From: Acidimicrobiaceae bacterium
GTDB lineage: Bacteria > Actinomycetota > Acidimicrobiia > Actinomarinales > Actinomarinaceae
Direction of reading: 5' to 3'
DNA length: 64,000 nucleotides
NCBI GenBank assembly: GCA_028404505.1
Contig: JAOOBM010000004.1
Coordinates: 552-64,551, forward strand
Part shown: in pieces, positions 10,801-17,846 of the stretch
How positions within the stretch are numbered: the first letter of the stretch is position 1
Layout of the letters: the number at the start of each line of letters is the position of its first letter
Translations under genes and position numbers: made by a program
Notes under the pieces: model-generated
What the model was told of the DNA's origin: nothing
Database searches by the model: none
Seen by the model: the letters and a program-made list of their open reading frames with translations, nothing else

Positions 10801-11221
10801 CTTTAGAGCCCTTGGTTTAGAATATCTAAACAGAACTGATATCGTACAGAACCCACCTGAGGAATCACCTTCAGCACCTGTTCAAGAATCACCTTCAGCA
10901 CCTGTTCAAGAATCACCTTCAGCTTCAGTTGAGGAAATAACTGAACCAGTCGTTGAGATAAAAGAATCAGATCCTCCAAGTAGTTCTAAAACTTCAGAGG
11001 TTTCAAATGAAGTAAAAGAAGTGCAGTTTGTTACAAAAGTTAAAGAGGTTGATGCTTTAGACACAACTGAAGCTACTTCAAATTCAGTTACTACAGTGCA
11101 AGAAGTTCTTGGGGATATGATGGGAGACGCTCCTGCTTGTCCAGATTGTGGTCATATAACAATAAGGAATGGGTCTTGTTACAAGTGTTTGAACTGTGGA
11201 AACTCTTTAGGGTGTAGCTAA
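7829..11221 (+). CDS. nrdJ: adenosylcobalamin-dependent (class II) ribonucleotide reductase
   Basis: 1130 aa, GTG start 5 nt after AAGGAG. Class II RNR motifs: [90 protein letters not shown]. C-terminal Cys-rich zinc ribbon [21 protein letters not shown]. Confidence 0.92.
   Translation: [1130 protein letters not shown]
10862..10923 (+). repeat. in-frame 24-bp tandem repeat in the nrdJ C-terminal linker
   Basis: GAATCACCTTCAGCACCTGTTCAA occurs twice perfectly (10862-10885, 10886-10909), followed by a 14-nt partial third copy. It encodes [21 protein letters not shown]. Confidence 0.9.
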
Positions 11222-11271
11222 AAATAAATTAATATACCTAAAAAGAATTACTAGGACTTATATTATATATT

Positions 11272-12153
11272 ATGGATTACATTTTGTTTAATAAAGGTGT
11301 CTTGCCCGAATATTTAAATATTTGTATAAATTCAATCTTAAGTGTTGACAAAAATGCAATAATTCATTTGATTACTGATCAAAAAACTCAAAAACAGAAT
11401 ATTAATATCGTAAATACAAATGACTATGAAGAGTTAGAATTTATGAAAGATTTTGTGATTAATTTGAAAAACCATGATATGTTTGAAAATCCCCTTTGGT
11501 TAACATCTCTTGAGAGAATATTTTACATCGAAAATTATCTAAAAGACACAAACATTAATGAGTTTGTTCATTTTGATAATGATGTAGTATTGTTCGAATC
11601 ATTTGAAGCAATTAAGAATAATTCGACATTTAATGAACAAGGTTTTCATCTTACTCCCCTAAACATAGAAAATATGGTTTTTGGCTACTCATACATGAAT
11701 TCAAAACAAGATTTTTCTAAAGTTTCATTAAAAGCTAAAGAAATAATTAAAAACTATAAACATTATTCAAATAAATTTAATCAAAATAAACCATTGAATG
11801 AAATGAAAATTATGTCAATCATCAATCGTACTGATAAAGATTTAATTAAGTCTCTAGATATTCTCCCATATGGAGACAAAAAACTTATTTTTGACCCAGC
11901 ATCATATGGTCAGTATCTTGGTGGCACTCATAGAAAGCCAAAAACTTTTTTTAGAAACAATTTTGCAACACAAGCGCATTATGTTGGTGCAGAGTTGATA
12001 TCAAAGAGGATAAGCGTCAAATTTAAAAAAAATATTCCTATAGTAACATCCGAATTGGGAGATGTATCAAAGCTAATAAATCTCCACATCCATTCAAAAA
12101 ATTTAAAAAAATTCCTTCCAAACGTTTATAAAAATTATATTTCTACTTTCTAG
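11272..12153 (+). CDS. putative GT-A-fold glycosyltransferase (DxD-containing), family unclear
   Basis: 293 aa, soluble. N-terminal beta-alpha-beta (YILFNKG..NSILSVDKNAIIHLITD) and FVHFDNDVVLFE (DxD-like). No confident family assignment. Confidence 0.35.
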   Translation: MDYILFNKGVLPEYLNICINSILSVDKNAIIHLITDQKTQKQNINIVNTNDYEELEFMKDFVINLKNHDMFENPLWLTSLERIFYIENYLKDTNINEFVHFDNDVVLFESFEAIKNNSTFNEQGFHLTPLNIENMVFGYSYMNSKQDFSKVSLKAKEIIKNYKHYSNKFNQNKPLNEMKIMSIINRTDKDLIKSLDILPYGDKKLIFDPASYGQYLGGTHRKPKTFFRNNFATQAHYVGAELISKRISVKFKKNIPIVTSELGDVSKLINLHIHSKNLKKFLPNVYKNYISTF

Positions 12154-13006
12154 TTTTATGAATAAACCCTGTTAGTCCATAAATAGAGTCAACAATTAGA
12201 TAAAGCATTCGAATATAAATAAGTGATAGGATTTCTTCAGATATTAAATCTTCTGTTCCAAGTAAAAAAATAAAAATTGCCTCTCTTATTCCAATACCAG
12301 CAGGAATTCCAACAAATAAAAGACCTACATAACTTGCGATCAAGTAATAAATTCCTTGATTTAGAAAATTTTCGTAACCTAAATTGAAAAAAATAAAAAA
12401 TGTTAAAAAATTTGTTGATAAGATTGTAACAGTCAAATAATTTGAAAAATTTAAAATAGATATCTCTTTGATTTTTTTATTAAAGAAATAAATAAATTTA
12501 AATAAATAAACTACCCCAAATTGAAGTAGTACTAAACCAAAATAAATATAGTCTTTATCTAAGAACAACATTCCAATTAAAAGTACAGGCAATGACAAGA
12601 TTGGTACTAAAAATTGTTCTTCAAATAAACCAAAAAGTATTCTTTTAGATTTATCTTGATTGCCATCTTGATTAAGTCTTATTGTAATCAAACCTACACC
12701 ACCAGGAAAATATTTGCCTATATTTGAATATGCCCAATCAAAAAAAATGTTCTTTTTATTTTCTTGAGTATTCTTTGTTGAAAACTTTACCCATGTAAGC
12801 CCAACAATAAAATAAATTATCATAAGGAGAATTATTTCAAAAAAATTGATCACTGCAATGTTAGTAATTTCTTCTTTGCTTGAATTAAATAGTACGCCAA
12901 TATAGACAATTGAAATAACTGCAACAAATATATTAAATTTTTTAAGCCTTTTTTGAAATTTATCTTCATTTAAAAGTGAAAATAAATTGTCTAACTTATT
13001 CTTCAT
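12143..13006 (-). CDS. UPF0104 / LPG-synthase-TM-type flippase-like membrane protein
   Basis: 287 aa, polytopic. FPGGVGLITIR and the C-terminal GIPAGIGIREAIFIFLLG resemble the paired P-x-G-x-G-x-(R/E) motifs of this family. Its start overlaps the stop of the upstream GT2 gene. Confidence 0.5.
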   Translation of the reverse strand: MKNKLDNLFSLLNEDKFQKRLKKFNIFVAVISIVYIGVLFNSSKEEITNIAVINFFEIILLMIIYFIVGLTWVKFSTKNTQENKKNIFFDWAYSNIGKYFPGGVGLITIRLNQDGNQDKSKRILFGLFEEQFLVPILSLPVLLIGMLFLDKDYIYFGLVLLQFGVVYLFKFIYFFNKKIKEISILNFSNYLTVTILSTNFLTFFIFFNLGYENFLNQGIYYLIASYVGLLFVGIPAGIGIREAIFIFLLGTEDLISEEILSLIYIRMLYLIVDSIYGLTGFIHKTRK

Positions 13007-13955
13007 TTCTTATAAATTCATTTCTTATTGACTTCTCTTCTTTAAAAGACTCAACAAAAATAAAAATTGTAAAAAATGAAATTAATAAAAGAATTAATGC
13101 CCAGGAACCAACAAATGAAGTATTAAAAAACTGTATTGAGCTAAAAATGAGTACAAATCTTATAAAAATAAGAAGAGTTAAAAATAAAAATGTTAAAAAA
13201 AGAATATCGAGAAATGCTGAACGTTGATATTTTCCAATTAACATTTTGTTTTTGATTTTTAATATTAAGAAATGAAAAGTAAGTCTTATTAAAGTAAAAA
13301 ACATTTTAATTGAGCTCAAATTGCTTTTTTGATTTCCATAGGTGATCGTATTATTTATTTGAAAAATTTTAAAAAATGAAATTGCAGATAATGATGAAAA
13401 ATAAAATGGATAACCATATCTTTTTGGGTAAACATTTCTTTGTATATAATTTAAAACTTTTACATTTACACCAAATAAGCCATTCAGCGGGTCAAACAAT
13501 TTATTTGTTCCTGATACAAATTGCAAGATCATTGTTGCAAATAAATTCCCAAAATAACGCTTATTTGGAATTTTTCCTTCTATCCCTTTTTCCCAGAATC
13601 TATTTGATTTGATAAAATCGTAGTTATCTTCATTAAATAAACGAATCATTTTTTTTACATCATCTAATTTAAATTGGTTATCGCCATCTACTTTAATTAA
13701 GTATTCAAAACCATCGTCTTTAATTTTTTCAAGAAGCTTTAGTGTTGATGATCCAGCACCTTCATTTTTAATATTTTCAATAATTGTGAATTTTAAATCT
13801 TTATTTAAATTTTTTATAATACTTGGTGTTTTATCAGTACTAAAGTCATCCAATACATAAAAATCGACATTTAAAGAAGAGATATCTTTTATTACTTTTT
13901 TGATGTGTGATTCTTCATTATGTGCAAGAATTCCAATAGCTATTTTATTTTTCAT
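12996..13955 (-). CDS. GT2-family glycosyltransferase with C-terminal TM helices (polyprenyl-phosphate sugar synthase-like)
   Basis: 319 aa with IAIGILAHNEESHIKKVI, YVLDDFSTDKT, VDGDNQ (DxD) and two or three C-terminal hydrophobic helices as in GtrB/ArnC/DPM1-type enzymes. Confidence 0.75.
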   Translation of the reverse strand: MKNKIAIGILAHNEESHIKKVIKDISSLNVDFYVLDDFSTDKTPSIIKNLNKDLKFTIIENIKNEGAGSSTLKLLEKIKDDGFEYLIKVDGDNQFKLDDVKKMIRLFNEDNYDFIKSNRFWEKGIEGKIPNKRYFGNLFATMILQFVSGTNKLFDPLNGLFGVNVKVLNYIQRNVYPKRYGYPFYFSSLSAISFFKIFQINNTITYGNQKSNLSSIKMFFTLIRLTFHFLILKIKNKMLIGKYQRSAFLDILFLTFLFLTLLIFIRFVLIFSSIQFFNTSFVGSWALILLLISFFTIFIFVESFKEEKSIRNEFIRNEE

Positions 13956-15819
13956 TATTTTTTTCCCAATTTTTTACAATTGATTCCTTTTTAAAATTAT
14001 TTAGGTTGTCTATTACAAAATCATAATCAACATCTATTAGTTGACAATAATTTTTTATCAGGTCAAATCTTGGTTGATTCTCGTAGTGTATTCTATTTAA
14101 AGCTTCTTCTCTTGTGAGATGTCCTTCTCTTATTTGATTACTCCTATAAAAATCATTTTCAGTAAACCCTGCATAAATCCAGTAAATGTAATTATAAATC
14201 GGTGAAGTTCCATCGCCTATTCTCCAAGTAGTTGGAGTCGAGGGATCACATTCCCACATAAATTTTTCAAACAAATATTTATTAACTAAGTCTTCGTTGT
14301 ATTCTTTATATTCAAATAATGAAACAATGTTTCTGGTTTGAAAATAATACGAGAAAAACCCTTTAATTGTATCAAAAAAAGATGAATTAAAATATCTTGG
14401 ATTAAGAATAAAACTTTTTAAGTAAAAAATTCCTAATTTGAAAATCATATAATATCTGTCGACTTTACTAGAAATATTTTTACTTGAAAATACAGGTTTT
14501 ACACCAGCAAATCCATATTTAAAATATGTATGCTCAAATGGACTTTGAAATTGAACTACATAGTTTGTTTGTTTGTTGCTTGCAGCATTAAATAATTGTT
14601 TTTGCCATTCTTTGTCACCAGCCATAAGTAAAGGGACAAGTCCGATGTTTGGTTTTGAAAGCCATGCTAGAAAGTTTTTTTTAATATTTTTCCTTTTTTT
14701 ACTTATATTCGCTGAAACCCAAACATGCTCCACCCCTAAATTTCCAACTACTCTAGCTTGATTTCTTCTTGCTAAGTCAGTCACCATTCCCCAATCGTAA
14801 GATACAGCAACAAAATTTGAATCTAAACTATTCTTCAGGATACCTAGTCCATATGAACTATCTCTTCCTCCAGAAAATCCAACAACAATATTTTTCTCGT
14901 TTTTTAATATGTTTTTGAAAACTTCAAAGTTTTCCAATAATGGTTGTTTGTGTTGAGTACAATAGTTACAAATATCATTTTTATCAAACTCAATAAAGGG
15001 GACTGTTTGAGGTAAAATGCACTTTTTACATCTAGTCAAAACTGGTTTAATAATTTCCCTATTTTGATGTCTTTTTAATATGTCATCAAATTGCACAACA
15101 TTTTTCTCAATTCCTAAACATTGTTCCTTAAACTTATCAATTATTTCAAATTCAGAATTTATAATCAATCCAGTATTTGCTTGTAGCTTCTTAATCTCAC
15201 CTTTTATTGAATACTTTTCTTTTATTTTTTTGGTTATCCACTCTTCAGATGTAAAGAAGATAACTTTATTGTTTTCAATCACAAAATAAAGTGATCCAGT
15301 ATTGGTGTATAAAAAATAATTCTCCCCATTATTTATACTCCCTGCAATTGATATTTCTCCAGAAAAAGCTTTTATTGCTTCTGTTAATGAAATCAGTAGA
15401 TTATTTTTTTCTAAATGGTGACTTATCAATAATGGAATAACTTCAGAATCTAATTCGCTAACTACATTTAATTTATACTCTTCAACTAAATCAGAGTAGT
15501 TAACTAAAATCCCATTATGCACAACTGATATTTTATTTGAGATAACAGGTTGATTGTTTATCTCTAAACCCTCGTCACCATGGGTTTTTAATCTAGTATG
15601 ACCAATGAGTGTATTTCCATTTTTGTTTAATTGAGAACTAAGTATATTTTTCTTAACTAAATTATCCGAGAAAGGAAGAGGGAATTTTTGTACTTGTTGT
15701 TTACCTTGGTTTATATTTATATATCCGGATGCTTCTTTTCCTCTAGTCTCCGAATATTTTCCAATATCGTAAAATACCTCGGAATCATTTAAATTGAAAT
15801 AACCAAATATTCCACACAT
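13945..15819 (-). CDS. fusion of class II (Ntn) glutamine amidotransferase with WbpG-type N-acetyl-sugar amidotransferase (PP-loop ATPase)
   Basis: 624 aa. Residues 1 to about 225 carry MCGIFGYF (Cys2 nucleophile), GHTRLKTHG and VVHNGILVN. Then come a zinc ribbon (CKKC at 264-267 and CNYC at 284-287) and the PP-loop GFSGGRDSS (316-321), the layout of WbpG-like LPS amidotransferases. Confidence 0.65.
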   Translation of the reverse strand: MCGIFGYFNLNDSEVFYDIGKYSETRGKEASGYININQGKQQVQKFPLPFSDNLVKKNILSSQLNKNGNTLIGHTRLKTHGDEGLEINNQPVISNKISVVHNGILVNYSDLVEEYKLNVVSELDSEVIPLLISHHLEKNNLLISLTEAIKAFSGEISIAGSINNGENYFLYTNTGSLYFVIENNKVIFFTSEEWITKKIKEKYSIKGEIKKLQANTGLIINSEFEIIDKFKEQCLGIEKNVVQFDDILKRHQNREIIKPVLTRCKKCILPQTVPFIEFDKNDICNYCTQHKQPLLENFEVFKNILKNEKNIVVGFSGGRDSSYGLGILKNSLDSNFVAVSYDWGMVTDLARRNQARVVGNLGVEHVWVSANISKKRKNIKKNFLAWLSKPNIGLVPLLMAGDKEWQKQLFNAASNKQTNYVVQFQSPFEHTYFKYGFAGVKPVFSSKNISSKVDRYYMIFKLGIFYLKSFILNPRYFNSSFFDTIKGFFSYYFQTRNIVSLFEYKEYNEDLVNKYLFEKFMWECDPSTPTTWRIGDGTSPIYNYIYWIYAGFTENDFYRSNQIREGHLTREEALNRIHYENQPRFDLIKNYCQLIDVDYDFVIDNLNNFKKESIVKNWEKNNEK

Positions 15820-15863
15820 ATCTAATTAAGCTTAATATTAGAAATTGTTAAAAAAATTAAATT

Positions 15864-17444
15864 ATGATTAATAAAAAACAAATAATTTCATCAATTGTTT
15901 TATTTATAATTATCTCTTTATTTTTTCGAATAGATTTTAGGTTTAAAGATACAGTTGAATGTTGCTCCGATGATTTTGATTATTTTTCACATGCTGAGAC
16001 CATAGCAATTGATATGGATTTTGACTATTCAAACCAACTACCGCCCAATCATTCATTCATTTTTGAATACAATGGAAAAATTTCACCTGTTGGATTTCCT
16101 GGAACTGGAATTCTTGCGTCACCTTTTTTGTATTTCGGAAATATTATTGATAAAAATTTAAATTCTGGAAATGGAGATGAAGTTTTAAATTATAAACTTT
16201 TGTTGTATTCACTCTCGCCAATTTTTTATTTATTTATTGGATACATATTAGTTTTTAAATCGCTCATTACTCTTAATTTTGACGTAGATAAATATAAACT
16301 CTTAGTTTTAATTAGCGGTTCGGGAATTACTTACTTTGCTTTTGAAAGATTTAGTATGACTCATAGCTATGAGTTTTTTACATTATCTTTATTAATCTAT
16401 TCCACAATAATATTTTATAAAAATGGAAATAAATTACATGCATTCATAGTTCCAATTTCATTGATGGTTTCATTGCTAGTTAGGATGTCGAATTATTACA
16501 TATTTTTGCTTCCAATAATAGTTAAGTTGATTTACAGCAAAGAAAACCAAACAAAATTTAGTTTAATAAAAAATCGCACATTCATATTTTCTACTACATT
16601 AAGTATTTTTATCTACAACTTTTTGTCAAGAAGCATTTATGGAAAATTAGTTATTAATCCTCAGGAAGTATATGGTACAGATATATCTGTAACAAATGTT
16701 GTTCCAAACAACAAGGGTTATGTAGATTTCTTATTAAAAAGTATTTTAGATTCGTTTAGAGTTATTTTTGGAAACGAGTTTGGTATTTTTTGGTTATCAC
16801 CAATTATCTTTGCTGGTCTTGCTCTTTCAATATTAAATCTCAAAAATTATAAAAATTTTGGAAATATATTACTATTAATTTGTTTTGCTCAAAATTTTGC
16901 AATTTTAATTATTTGGCAATCTACTGGTGCATCATATGGGTTTAGGTATTTGTACTCTTTGGTCCCAATATGTGTAATTATTTTTTATTATTATAAAAAA
17001 ATATTTAAACAAAAAATATTTTTTAATTTCATATTTTTAATGTCAATATTTTCAAATTTATCAATTTTATTTTTTGAGACCACAGAACAAACACAACTTT
17101 CTATAGTTGAAATCATAAATTCATTCGGAGCACTAAGAAATTATTCAGAGCCAGCATATGTAACAGGGGTTGTAAGATCTTTAACTGAGATTAACAGTTA
17201 TTTGATAATTTTTACGACGAGCTTAGTTGGGGTCATTTTCTTTAAATTACTGTTAATTATGTTTGATGTATCTGTATTGATTAATTTCTTAAATACTCTT
17301 GGCCTTCCAACTGAAAATCAAGATTTTATATTATATTTAGAAAACCTTGAGATCATATCAGTCAATAAAATCTTATTAATCATTTTATTTCTCTTTTCAT
17401 TTTGTTATTACGTTGTCTTTAGGCTTAATGAACCAAAAAAATAA
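15864..17444 (+). CDS. large polytopic membrane protein, GT-C-like glycosyltransferase candidate
   Basis: 526 aa, more than 10 hydrophobic segments. An acidic motif sits in the first loop (CCSDDFDYFSHAE...DMDFDY), like the DxD/ExD of GT-C enzymes. A late motif GASYGFRYLYS is shared loosely with other membrane ORFs in the window. Confidence 0.4.
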   Translation: MINKKQIISSIVLFIIISLFFRIDFRFKDTVECCSDDFDYFSHAETIAIDMDFDYSNQLPPNHSFIFEYNGKISPVGFPGTGILASPFLYFGNIIDKNLNSGNGDEVLNYKLLLYSLSPIFYLFIGYILVFKSLITLNFDVDKYKLLVLISGSGITYFAFERFSMTHSYEFFTLSLLIYSTIIFYKNGNKLHAFIVPISLMVSLLVRMSNYYIFLLPIIVKLIYSKENQTKFSLIKNRTFIFSTTLSIFIYNFLSRSIYGKLVINPQEVYGTDISVTNVVPNNKGYVDFLLKSILDSFRVIFGNEFGIFWLSPIIFAGLALSILNLKNYKNFGNILLLICFAQNFAILIIWQSTGASYGFRYLYSLVPICVIIFYYYKKIFKQKIFFNFIFLMSIFSNLSILFFETTEQTQLSIVEIINSFGALRNYSEPAYVTGVVRSLTEINSYLIIFTTSLVGVIFFKLLLIMFDVSVLINFLNTLGLPTENQDFILYLENLEIISVNKILLIILFLFSFCYYVVFRLNEPKK

Positions 17445-17512
17445 TTGGGATAAGTTATTGTAAAAATTAAAAAAGTAAATAAATTATAAAGCTTTATATA
17501 CTTTAGAAATTA

Positions 17513-17586
17513 GGGCGCTTAGCTCAGTCCGGCAGAGCGCTTCCCTTACAAGGAAGAAGTCACAGGTTCAAATCCTGTAGCGCCCA
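17513..17586 (+). tRNA. tRNA-Val (anticodon UAC)
   Basis: 74-nt cloverleaf folded by hand: acceptor GGGCGCT/AGCGCCC, D arm GCTC-AGTCCGGCA-GAGC, anticodon arm CTTCC-CTTACAA-GGAAG (anticodon TAC), variable loop AAGTC, T arm ACAGG-TTCAAAT-CCTGT, discriminator A. CCA is not encoded. Confidence 0.92.
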
Positions 17587-17675
17587 CAAGGGTTTTTCAG
17601 AAATCTTTACATATATATGTGCCTCAACCCCACACCAACCCCACATTTTGCTTAAATTTTTGTAAACTTTAAATT

Positions 17676-17846
17676 ATGAAATACAAAAAAAACTTAGGTG
17701 CTTTATTAGTTTTTTTAGCTTTAACCGGGCAAGCATTTGGCTCTCTTAACTCTAGCTACACTCCAACTCAAGCAATCCTTGTTGTTCTGTTTGCGTATCT
17801 TGGACTTCAATTAACTTACTTCGTTTATTTTAAAAATAACAAATGA
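17676..17846 (+). CDS. small (56 aa) secreted/membrane protein, not in the supplied ORF track
   Basis: ATG at 17676. Translates to MKYKKNLGALLVFLALTGQAFGSLNSSYTPTQAILVVLFAYLGLQLTYFVYFKNNK, i.e. a signal-peptide-like helix plus a second TM helix. Its TGA (17844-17846) overlaps the ATG (17843) of the next gene, suggesting translational coupling. Confidence 0.45.
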   Translation: MKYKKNLGALLVFLALTGQAFGSLNSSYTPTQAILVVLFAYLGLQLTYFVYFKNNK

